IMG/VR virus record: IMGVR_UViG_3300049571_000380
Coordinates: 64,001 to 128,000 of that record
DNA length: 64,000 bases
Origin: a virus
Reading direction: 5' to 3' (one strand)
Below are positions 8,651-16,710 of this stretch, one piece after another. A program made the translations under genes and the position numbers. The number at the start of each line of letters is the position of its first letter. Position 1 is the first letter of the stretch. The notes below the pieces were generated by a model. The model ran no database searches. It had not been told where the DNA came from and worked only from the letters and a program-made list of their open reading frames with translations.

Positions 8651-8940
8651 TTCTCGTCACCCTTCGCGGCCTCGTTCGCCAGCTTCTCCTGGTGGGCCTT
8701 CTCGGCGTCGATGTCGGCCTTCAGGTCCAGACGCTCGTAGGTCATCCAGCGGCCGGTGTCCTTCTGCCACTCGTAGACCGTCACGCGAACGACCCGGCTG
8801 GAGCCCTCGCGGATCAGCTCGCGCTCACCGTTGATGCCCGCGTAGCAGGTCGGCTTCGAGCGGAACTTCTTTTCCGGCAGGGGCGCCGCCGCCGTGAACG
8901 GCACGTACTTCCAGGTGTAGGTCGGCCTCTTCGTCGCCAC
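8647..8940 (-). CDS. Hypothetical protein
   Basis: GTG start after GGAGAGAAGG; ATGA overlap downstream. Confidence 0.6.
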   Translation of the reverse strand: MATKRPTYTWKYVPFTAAAPLPEKKFRSKPTCYAGINGERELIREGSSRVVRVTVYEWQKDTGRWMTYERLDLKADIDAEKAHQEKLANEAAKGDEK

Positions 8941-8967
8941 GTTCCTTCTCCTCTCCGGTTCCGCCCG

Positions 8968-9132
8968 TCAGGCGGGCGGCTCTTCCCTCATCCGCGCCAG
9001 CAGTTCATCCATCGAGCTGACCGGCGGGGTACGGCCGTCCCCGAAGGTGACGACCCTCCATGCTCTGTACTGGTCGAGGGCCCACTGACCCGGGTCAACC
9101 CCGTCCGGCGGGCCTTCTGCGTCCGTGCACAT
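8968..9132 (-). CDS. Small hypothetical protein (54 aa)
   Basis: ATG after GGGAGG; MCTDAEGPPDG... Confidence 0.45.
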   Translation of the reverse strand: MCTDAEGPPDGVDPGQWALDQYRAWRVVTFGDGRTPPVSSMDELLARMREEPPA

Positions 9133-9237
9133 GCGCTTCCTCCCTTCCACCCGGCGAGCCGGGCCGCATGGAGAATAGCGCACTGTTCGAACGGAACTTG
9201 CTTGTGAAACAGGAATGTTCGATATGCAGGTGTCCGG

Positions 9238-9594
9238 TTACTGCGAGTTCGCCACCGATGCGACCGAAACCGGCTTCTCGCCGGACCCGACGTGAGGGGC
9301 GAAGAGCTTCACGAGGACCGGCATCTTCGGTTCGTTGCGGTGCATGGCCGCCCGGGTGTCCAGGAGACCGGCCCCGCGCAGTGCGGCGATCTGCTTGATG
9401 ATCGTGGTGGCCCCGGCGTTGCGCCCGGCGATACCCGGGTGAAGCCGCATCAGCCCTTCCAGCGTCACCGGGAAGTACTCGTCCACGGCGTCGGCCTCAC
9501 GGGAGGCGGCGTCGAGAATCGCGTAGAGCCGGAAGGCGCCGTGCGGAAGGTTCGGGGTCAGGGCTGCCGCAAGGACGCGGTCGGTCGGCTGCAT
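9238..9594 (-). CDS. Winged-helix DNA-binding protein (paralog 2)
   Basis: ATG after AAAGGAG; LPHGAFRLYAIL...TTIIKQIAALRGAGLL. Confidence 0.6.
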   Translation of the reverse strand: MQPTDRVLAAALTPNLPHGAFRLYAILDAASREADAVDEYFPVTLEGLMRLHPGIAGRNAGATTIIKQIAALRGAGLLDTRAAMHRNEPKMPVLVKLFAPHVGSGEKPVSVASVANSQ

Positions 9595-9650
9595 GTGCTT
9601 CTCCTTTCCGAGAGCCACAGTACACCCTTTTCCAGAGCCGAGCGCAAGGG

Positions 9651-10025
9651 TTAGCGAGAAGAACGAATCCAGCCAGGCACGTTCAGCAGAGCCTGCTTGA
9701 TTCGGGCCAACACCGAGGCCGGGTCTTCGCGCAGCTCCAGGAGGCGGAGGTGCAACTGAACCTTCGACCACTGGGGTCCGATGATCTCGATCAGTCCCTC
9801 TTCTTGCAGCTCACGTAGCGCATCCCGGAAAGCGGTCTCGCCGGGTTGCTTTCCCCGTACACCTGGAATCAGCTCCTTCAGCACGGGCACGGAAACGGCA
9901 GTGGTCCGCTCGCGGCTGGACTTGCCGTCCAGCAAGAGGACCATCGCGGCGTACACCCGAAACGAGTTGTGGGTGAGGTTGCGGTTCACGAGGGCAGCGC
10001 AGATGCGTCCTTCGACAGGGTTCAC
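9651..10025 (-). CDS. Winged-helix DNA-binding protein (paralog 1)
   Basis: GTG after AGGAGG; LTHNSFRVYAAM...TAFRDALRELQEEGLI. Confidence 0.6.
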   Translation of the reverse strand: MNPVEGRICAALVNRNLTHNSFRVYAAMVLLLDGKSSRERTTAVSVPVLKELIPGVRGKQPGETAFRDALRELQEEGLIEIIGPQWSKVQLHLRLLELREDPASVLARIKQALLNVPGWIRSSR

Positions 10026-10858
10026 GTTCTCCTCCTTTACCGAGAACTCTATCAGATTTCCGTGGACCTCACGTCCTCCTCCACCACGAAGCCGCCTGCG
10101 CCCGCCTGACGGCCTCAGCCACCCACCGACCGCCGCAGGGCCGCAGCGACCCCTACGCGCGCCCTGGAGCGGCGCTCAGCCCCCTCCTGGCCCGCACCCT
10201 GCCGACCGCCTCAGCCACCAGATCTTTTTGGAGCGAAGCGAGTCCTCCGTCCTCCGCCGCCAGGCCGGGCGCCAGCCCGGATGGCGGGCCCTTGCCTACA
10301 GGTACAGACAGGAGAGAGGAGGATGTTTCTGTTCTTAAAGAGTGGGTGGTTCCGCAGGTCAGGGCGCAAGTAGGGGTTCAATACTCTCTTTTTTCCGGAC
10401 GACTGGCAGCCAAAGTTAATCACCATGAATAGGTATGAATCGGACAGCACATACCCCTCCCTACCCATCCTAGGTCAAGGCTCAATGTTGACATCGGAAG
10501 CCCTGATCGCACTGCGCGACATGCTCGTCCTGACCTGCACATATGACAGCATGCGGGTGCCTGCCCCCTGGCAGATTCGGGTTACCCCTCAGCTTCCAAG
10601 TCTGATTCGGTCCCCGAACCACCGAGAACCGCAGGTCAGATGAGCCATACCCATGGAGGGTATTAATTCGGACTTATTGGTAATAAACCCATCAATTCGG
10701 GCTGCTCTTGTCGGCGCCATGTCAAGTCGAGGGTGCAGCCCGCCCGTCAAACTGGGGCATCGTGGGAGAATCTTCGTACCTTCGAAGGGCATGAACAACG
10801 GGCTGACCACCGGCATCGCACCCCGTACGATCAGGGACAACAGACCCGGGAGGCAGGC
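10026..10858. promoter_or_regulatory. 830-bp divergent intergenic control region
   Basis: No credible ORF; locally AT-rich 10330-10700; CTCAGCC repeats, ATTCGG x4, TTGACCTAGG on minus strand at 10469-10478. Confidence 0.55.
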
Positions 10859-11347
10859 ATGGCAGCCGTTGGAACGACCGCTTCGCAGGACGTGTACCCC
10901 GTCGACTTCGGCTCCGTGATCGGACAGATCCGGGCGCTCATTCCCGACGTCGAGCAGGTCGACTACTCGGACTCGGGGATCGCCGAGTACATGTTCAGCG
11001 ACGCGCACCTGCGGGGGCTGTACACGATCGCCATCGGCGAGGGGTCGGCGCGGATCTACCGGGCGGCGGCTTCGGCGCTCCGGGCGCTGGCCGTCTCCGA
11101 AGGTCTGATCCAGAAGGTCATCCGTACGGAAGACCTTCAGACCGATGGCGCGAAGCTGGCGGGCGCCCTGCTCGCCGGGGCGAAGCAGCTCGAAGACCGG
11201 GCGGATGCGGCCGACGAGGACTCCGAGATCATGATGATCGTCGACTTCCAGCCGGTGCCGCAGGACGGTTTCCCCTACAGCCTGCACGGTTTCCCCCAGG
11301 GGTGGACCGCAGGGATCGGCGGTCCTACCTTCGCGCGCTGGCTGTGA
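10859..11347 (+). CDS. Head-to-tail adaptor
   Basis: IGQIRALIPDVEQ...AAASALRALA...VIRTEDLQTDGAKLA is an actinophage adaptor pattern; ATG after GGGAGG. Confidence 0.75.
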   Translation: MAAVGTTASQDVYPVDFGSVIGQIRALIPDVEQVDYSDSGIAEYMFSDAHLRGLYTIAIGEGSARIYRAAASALRALAVSEGLIQKVIRTEDLQTDGAKLAGALLAGAKQLEDRADAADEDSEIMMIVDFQPVPQDGFPYSLHGFPQGWTAGIGGPTFARWL

Positions 11348-11449
11348 CAAGGGGATCCAGGGATACGGGTGAAGATTCCCCGAACTTAGATCCTACTGGT
11401 GCGTAGCCGGGTAGTTTCCGTGGATCCAGCTTCTGGGAGAGCAGGGACC

Positions 11450-11638
11450 ATGGAAAAGAAGGACTACGAGCCGCCGATCATCGTCACTGAGGGAGGTGGA
11501 AAGATCACCATCTCCTACGACCAGACCGAAGTCTCCATTCCTGAGAACGGCCCGGTACCCAGTGGGACCCCGCCTCTCGCCTGTCGCATCTTCAACGCGC
11601 TGAAGTGCGATCTTCCGGGGCGTCTGCGTGCAGAATAG
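11450..11638 (+). CDS. Small hypothetical protein
   Basis: ATG after GGGAGAG; fills the gap between connector genes. Confidence 0.45.
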   Translation: MEKKDYEPPIIVTEGGGKITISYDQTEVSIPENGPVPSGTPPLACRIFNALKCDLPGRLRAE

Positions 11639-11643
11639 GCCCC

Positions 11644-12213
11644 ATGGCCTCACTCAACAGGCGCAGCGCCCTGGATCCCCGCTGGCAACTGCACCAGCGG
11701 TCGGTTCCTCGCGGCCACATGAACGCGGCGGTGGAAATCTTCCGCAGGCCGTCGCAGGGTGGCGAGTACGGCTTCGACCCTATCTCCGGCGGCCTGACGA
11801 TTCCCGATGGGCAGGGCGGAGAGAAGTTCCCTGAGCTGATCCTGCTGTACCGGGGTCCGGGTCGTATCGCGAACAACAAGGACTGGCGAGCCCGGGTCAG
11901 GACCCAGCGCGGCGACATGGGTACGGACCACGCGATCCGCGTCCAGGTGCCGATCCGGACGTGCCCCCCGGTCCATGCCAACGACCTGGTGCGCGCCATC
12001 GAACCGGACCCGAACGATCCGGAACTCGGTCATCTGGTCCTCGGAGATCCGGAACTGGTCCATTACCTTTTCCACGTACGCAACCCGCTCATGTCCTCGA
12101 ACGCATGGCTGAGGAATGTCCTCTGTGACGTGGACGCGGCGCATCCGCAGACGCTGCCGCCCCCTTTCACCATGGAGGTCACCACCTTGAGCAACGGGGT
12201 GATGGGTCCTTGA
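11644..12213 (+). CDS. Head-to-tail stopper (DUF6093-like)
   Basis: DPRW...LLYRGPGRIA...IRVQVP...NDLVR pattern; position after adaptor. Confidence 0.65.
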   Translation: MASLNRRSALDPRWQLHQRSVPRGHMNAAVEIFRRPSQGGEYGFDPISGGLTIPDGQGGEKFPELILLYRGPGRIANNKDWRARVRTQRGDMGTDHAIRVQVPIRTCPPVHANDLVRAIEPDPNDPELGHLVLGDPELVHYLFHVRNPLMSSNAWLRNVLCDVDAAHPQTLPPPFTMEVTTLSNGVMGP

Positions 12214-12232
12214 CCAGGGGAGAGGTAGCCAC

Positions 12233-13147
12233 GTGGGCCTGAAGATTGCGCTGCTCAGCCGGGACAATGGCGTGGGTCTGTCGCTGGATACCGCTCTGCT
12301 CACCGAGCTTTTCGAGTCGGCTGGGCATGAGGTCGAATTCCATGACTGGCAGGCCAAGGAGATGCCCAGGACGGACGTCGCCTTTCACCTGGAGCTGGTC
12401 AGCCGGAATCTCGCTCAGTTCGCCGACAAGAACATCGCGATCCTGAATCTGGAATGGTACCCACGAGAGTGGATGAAGTACCTTCCGGCGTTCGACCAGA
12501 TCTGGGCGAAAAGCCATTACGCCCTGCGGTTCTGTCGCAACCGGGGAGGCAAGAACGTCCAGCTCACAGGTTTTCTGGGAACGGATCTCCACGATCCCGA
12601 CGTGAAGCGCGAGCTGAAGTGCATGCACCTGCGCGGCAGGTCCGGCATGAAGGGCACCGAGCAGGTGATCGGGGCCTGGCAGAAGGACTCCACGCTGCCC
12701 CCACTCACGATCATCTCGAAGGACGAGGTGCATGTCCCCGCCGGGCTGGAGGACCGCATCACGATCGTCCTGTCACCCTCCGACGAGGAGCGCAACCGGC
12801 TGATGAACGAGGCGCAGATCCACGTCTGCCCTTCCATCGCCGAGGGGTGGGGCCACTACATCACCGAGGCCATGTCGGTGGGGGCGATCGTGGTGACGAC
12901 CGACGCGTCCCCGATGAACGAGCACATCAGGCCGGAGTGGGGTTACCTCGTTGGGGTGACCAGCACGCGCAACCACCACCAGGCGATCCTCACGTACACC
13001 TCCCCGACGCTGATCGCCGAGGCGGTCCGGAGGGCCGCCGCTCTCGCGCCGGAGCGCCGCGAGCAGATCGGGAACGCGGCACGCGCCCGCTTCCTGAAGC
13101 GCAATGCAGAGTTCAGGGAAATCGCACTGAGGTTGGTGGAACGGTGA
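12233..13147 (+). CDS. Glycosyltransferase, GT-B fold (GT4-like)
   Basis: HVCPSIAEGWGHYITEAMSVGAIVVTTD (E-x7-E motif); N-terminal KIALLSRDNGVGL. Confidence 0.9.
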   Translation: MGLKIALLSRDNGVGLSLDTALLTELFESAGHEVEFHDWQAKEMPRTDVAFHLELVSRNLAQFADKNIAILNLEWYPREWMKYLPAFDQIWAKSHYALRFCRNRGGKNVQLTGFLGTDLHDPDVKRELKCMHLRGRSGMKGTEQVIGAWQKDSTLPPLTIISKDEVHVPAGLEDRITIVLSPSDEERNRLMNEAQIHVCPSIAEGWGHYITEAMSVGAIVVTTDASPMNEHIRPEWGYLVGVTSTRNHHQAILTYTSPTLIAEAVRRAAALAPERREQIGNAARARFLKRNAEFREIALRLVER

Positions 13148-13974
13148 AGCACACGGTCCTGGTTCCGGCGTGGCGCAGGCCCGACATGCTGCACGCCTGC
13201 CTCACCAGGCTGGCCAAGGCGGCGGCCGGATACGACGTTCGAGTGGTGGTCACGCTCGACCGGAAAGGGACTCTCGAATGCCGCCAGGTGGCCGAATCCT
13301 TTTCCACGTCGTTCTCTGAGATATTCCTGCGCGTGATGCACCATCACCAGTTCCACGGGAATTCCTACAACGTGCTGTCGGGCCTCAAGGATGCCCTGTC
13401 CATCGAGGCCGATCTGATTCACGTGGTCGAGGACGACATCATGGTCTCGCTCGGCTACTTCGCGTACCACGAGGCCGCGCACGCGGCTGCCCCCGACGCC
13501 TTTTCGGTGAGCGCGTGCCGGAACCAGAACCTGACAGGCGAGCCCCCGGCGGCGGCGTACCGGCATCCGTCATACCAGTCCCTCGGCGTCTCCTTCCGCC
13601 CGGCAGTGGCGCGCAAGGCGGTCGAGCACAACAAGCCGGTCTACTACGGCGACATGGTCGGATACTGCCGCCGGACCTTCCCCGGCAGTCAGATCCCGCC
13701 GGGGCACGCCGAGCAGGACGGGTTGTTCAACCGCATCCGGGAGCGTGAACGCGGCGTGACGGTATACCCCGCGCAGCCCCGGGCTTTCCATGCCGGGTTC
13801 TACGGGTACAACCGGACCGGCCGGAAACTCTCGGGCTCGATCGAGCGCCGGTCGGAGAAGATCCTCTCGATGACCTCGGAAGAGATGAACGCGATGGCGG
13901 GCCTGATGAAGGACCATGAGGTCATCGACCTGGATGAAAATCTGCCGGTTGACGAGGTGGGAGAGGCCCTGTAA
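13144..13974 (+). CDS. Glycosyltransferase, GT-A fold (GT2-like)
   Basis: GTGA overlap; TVLVPAWRRPDML, IHVVEDD (DxD-like), EQDG, RAFHAG. Confidence 0.8.
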   Translation: MKHTVLVPAWRRPDMLHACLTRLAKAAAGYDVRVVVTLDRKGTLECRQVAESFSTSFSEIFLRVMHHHQFHGNSYNVLSGLKDALSIEADLIHVVEDDIMVSLGYFAYHEAAHAAAPDAFSVSACRNQNLTGEPPAAAYRHPSYQSLGVSFRPAVARKAVEHNKPVYYGDMVGYCRRTFPGSQIPPGHAEQDGLFNRIRERERGVTVYPAQPRAFHAGFYGYNRTGRKLSGSIERRSEKILSMTSEEMNAMAGLMKDHEVIDLDENLPVDEVGEAL

Positions 13975-14381
13975 TGGCGTATATCGGTATAAAATACAAC
14001 TACAGGTTCGGCGGTGCGCAGCGGTACTACGGCGGCGGCTCGCCCAGCGGCGCCTTCGACATCGGGCTCTCCGCGTTCGTCATCGACCACCTGAACAAGT
14101 CGAGGCAGAAGCTCGTCCTGGAGATGTCGAACGCCCGGCGCCGGGGTGAGGGCCTGGTGCGCGCGAAGTCGCGTGTGGACACCGGCCGGATGAAGTCCTC
14201 GGTCACCGGTACCGGCGACTTCGGTACGGACATCCTGAAGATCTCCTTCGGGTGGGAGTCCATGAACCCGTACTATGCCCCGTTCCAGGAGTTCGGTACC
14301 CGCAACGGCATCACGCCGATGATGGCTGTGCTCGACGCCTTCAACCAGGTGACGACGGAACTCCAGGCGCGGCTCAGGTGA
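13974..14381 (+). CDS. Tail completion/neck protein (HK97 gp10-like)
   Basis: RVDTGRMKSSV and YYAPFQEFGTR motifs. Confidence 0.8.
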   Translation: MAYIGIKYNYRFGGAQRYYGGGSPSGAFDIGLSAFVIDHLNKSRQKLVLEMSNARRRGEGLVRAKSRVDTGRMKSSVTGTGDFGTDILKISFGWESMNPYYAPFQEFGTRNGITPMMAVLDAFNQVTTELQARLR

Positions 14382-14412
14382 CTCTGGATCCACGCCCTGA
14401 AGGGGGTGAACG

Positions 14413-14898
14413 ATGACTTCCCTGCTGGACTGGCAGCTCGCCATCTACAACCGGCTCGACACCGGGCTGCCGAACACGCCCGTTTTCCTGGAAGGTGTTC
14501 CTGAGAGCACTGACGTCATCAAGGACCCATCGGGCTTCTACAAGCCGAGCGTCATCCTCTGGTTCGGCCAGGCATTCGACATCTCCGGATTCGGGGGTCG
14601 CCTCTCCATCGCCGACCTCTGCGGAATTTCCGGAGAGGACAAGGGCGTCACGAAGAAGGCCGGGTTCATCGTCGAATCCGTTGCGCCGTCCGGCCTTTCG
14701 CTGCTTCAGCTCGCTCAGGCGTGCCGGGATCTGCTGGTCGGATACACGCCCGCAGACCAGGGTGAGATCAGTGAAGCCGGATCGGGAACGGTGCGCGATC
14801 CGTACCCGGTTGGTGTCGGCGACACGCTGCGTTTCTACCTGGCGATCGGGTTCCAGGGCGTCGTGAATGTCGGCCAGCACACCGGAACCGGTTCGTGA
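14413..14898 (+). CDS. Tail terminator
   Basis: Position between gp10-like and tail tube; VFLEGVP...PSVILWFG...DLLVGYTP; ends GTGS. Confidence 0.65.
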   Translation: MTSLLDWQLAIYNRLDTGLPNTPVFLEGVPESTDVIKDPSGFYKPSVILWFGQAFDISGFGGRLSIADLCGISGEDKGVTKKAGFIVESVAPSGLSLLQLAQACRDLLVGYTPADQGEISEAGSGTVRDPYPVGVGDTLRFYLAIGFQGVVNVGQHTGTGS

Positions 14899-14990
14899 AG
14901 AATCCGCTTCGGGCGCCCAGCGTCCCAGGCAGGGGCTTTCGCGGTTAGACTCCGGTCAGGCACGATCATGCCTTCCGGCCGGAGGTACGA

Positions 14991-15557
14991 ATGGCAGCAG
15001 TGAAGAGCCTCCCCCCGTCGCTCACCATCTGGTGGGTCGACGAATCGGACCAGACGTCCGAGGGGTACGAGGGCACGTACGGCGAGGGTTTCGCGGACAT
15101 CGACCACCCGACCGCCGCAGAGATCAACGCGGGTCTGAACATCTCGTGCGCACTGACCACCGACATCACGCTCGGCTGGACGGACCGCGACACGGACGAC
15201 ACGCGTGGCCTCTGTGACGACTCGAACGTGGCGACCCCGACCGCGAAGAACTACGAAGGCCAGCTCAACGTCTTCCTGGACCGCGACCCGAACAAGCTCG
15301 ACCCGTCGATCTACAACGACGTGATGCGCCTGTTCAAGAAGCCCCTCCGTTCGGGGTTCCTGGTCCAGCGGATCTCGAAGCACCCCGTTCGTGACCCGAA
15401 CGCGGTGGACGACGACTGGGTCACGGTCTTCAAGTTCCTCTCCGGTGACCCCAACGTCATCAACGACGCGACCGCCCCCCTTCAGCTTCAGCCGACCATG
15501 TACGCCCAGGGCCAGTCCTCGGACGGCCTTGTGCAGGTCGGCAGCACCGCGAGCTGA
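14991..15557 (+). CDS. Major tail (tube) protein
   Basis: DIDHPTAAEINAGLNISCAL...LCD...TPTAKNYEGQL typical of actinophage tail tubes; ends GSTAS; TAGACT -10-like box at about 14947. Confidence 0.85.
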   Translation: MAAVKSLPPSLTIWWVDESDQTSEGYEGTYGEGFADIDHPTAAEINAGLNISCALTTDITLGWTDRDTDDTRGLCDDSNVATPTAKNYEGQLNVFLDRDPNKLDPSIYNDVMRLFKKPLRSGFLVQRISKHPVRDPNAVDDDWVTVFKFLSGDPNVINDATAPLQLQPTMYAQGQSSDGLVQVGSTAS

Positions 15558-15583
15558 CAACCCGTACGACCGAAGGAACGGAC

Positions 15584-16384
15584 ATGGCGCAGGATATTGC
15601 GGAGCCGGGCAACCCGGAGCCCGGCCCCGACAACTTCAGCTTCGAGGACTACCTGGAGGGGAACTCCACGTTCCCCGTGTTCGAGCACACCGCCTTCCTG
15701 GACCAGCGCAGCGGCTCCGAACTCGGCGGCGTACTCGAAGAGCTGGAAGGTCTGGTCGAAAGCCTGGAGCGCGTCGAGAAGGACATCCGCAAGCGCACCG
15801 AGACCTCTGCGAACTCCTTCGTGGACTCGGTGCTGGATGCCCTTCAGGAGGAGCGCGCCGAGCTGGAGGAGAAGATCGACAAGCTCTCCGAGCGGGTCGA
15901 GGAACTGAAGGCGAAGATCGTGAAGTCGGGCATCACGCTCGTCTTCCAGGTCAAGACGCCGGAGGAACTGGGGGCGGTCACCCGTGAGGCGACCCGCCAG
16001 TTCCACAAGGAGAACCCGCATTACAAGGACGCGAGCGAGAACGACCTCGACTACATCACGGCCCGCAGCCGTTACACGCTGACCGCGCAGATCTCGCACT
16101 TCTGCACGGAGATCAAGCTGCCCGACGGCCGCGTGGTTCCGCCGCCGAACCGCAGCGGAGCCGACCTGCTCCTGAAGAAGCTCATCGCCTCCGAGACGAT
16201 GCGTCTGATGGAGTCCGTGGGCACCGGCCTGTCGGCCTCGCGCGACTGGGCCGACAAGCTCGATGCCGGGTTTCCTGGCGGAAGCTCTCACCTGGAAGAA
16301 GTCGGCATGGGTGCGACCGCTGTTGAAGACGGCAAGATCGTGGTCCGTGCCCCCGCTGACCATGCTGACGGGGCAGCCCTCTGA
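15584..16384 (+). CDS. Tail assembly chaperone (gpG-like)
   Basis: Between tail tube and tape measure; acidic coiled coil. Confidence 0.8.
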   Translation: MAQDIAEPGNPEPGPDNFSFEDYLEGNSTFPVFEHTAFLDQRSGSELGGVLEELEGLVESLERVEKDIRKRTETSANSFVDSVLDALQEERAELEEKIDKLSERVEELKAKIVKSGITLVFQVKTPEELGAVTREATRQFHKENPHYKDASENDLDYITARSRYTLTAQISHFCTEIKLPDGRVVPPPNRSGADLLLKKLIASETMRLMESVGTGLSASRDWADKLDAGFPGGSSHLEEVGMGATAVEDGKIVVRAPADHADGAAL

Positions 16385-16697
16385 GTGGTCCGACGAGCGC
16401 AACCGCAAGCTGGCCATGGCCCTGACGATCCTGGAGGAGGAGACGTGCAAGTCCTGCGGCACTCCTGCCTGGATCGGCATGTCGACGAACAACGAGATCG
16501 TCTTCGACCTGAAGGGCGCCGTCTGCTACGGCTGCGCGGAGATCGAGAAGGACCGCGAGGACAGCGAGAAGCGGCGCGGGAAGATCCGTCAGAAGGGGGA
16601 GACCCGTTACGTCTCTGCACGTAACGTATGGGGCGCGGATACTCCGCTCCCCTCCCGGGCGCACTCCTACCAGCACGACATGCCGGACGGCGACTGA
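16263..16697 (+). CDS. Tail assembly chaperone extension (gpT-like), probably made by +1 frameshift at GGG-TTT-C (16268-16274)
   Basis: Overlaps gpG in the +1 frame, no RBS; W...P..ML...W...CKSCGTPAW...CYGC pattern. Confidence 0.7.
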   Translation: MPGFLAEALTWKKSAWVRPLLKTARSWSVPPLTMLTGQPSEWSDERNRKLAMALTILEEETCKSCGTPAWIGMSTNNEIVFDLKGAVCYGCAEIEKDREDSEKRRGKIRQKGETRYVSARNVWGADTPLPSRAHSYQHDMPDGD

Positions 16698-16710
16698 AGC
16701 GGAGGTCTAG

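Noticed and set aside
9180-9225. Possible LexA box (GTTCGAAC and ATGTTCGA elements)
   Set aside because: Does not fit TCGAAC-N4-GTTCGA spacing on either strand
10211-10468. 85-aa minus-strand ORF in the divergent control region
   Set aside because: Atypical codon use, no RBS, no recognisable motif; treated as non-coding
16268-16330. Canonical -1 frameshift in the tail chaperone
   Set aside because: The -1 frame reaches a stop within about 20 codons; only the +1 frame carries the gpT-like sequence
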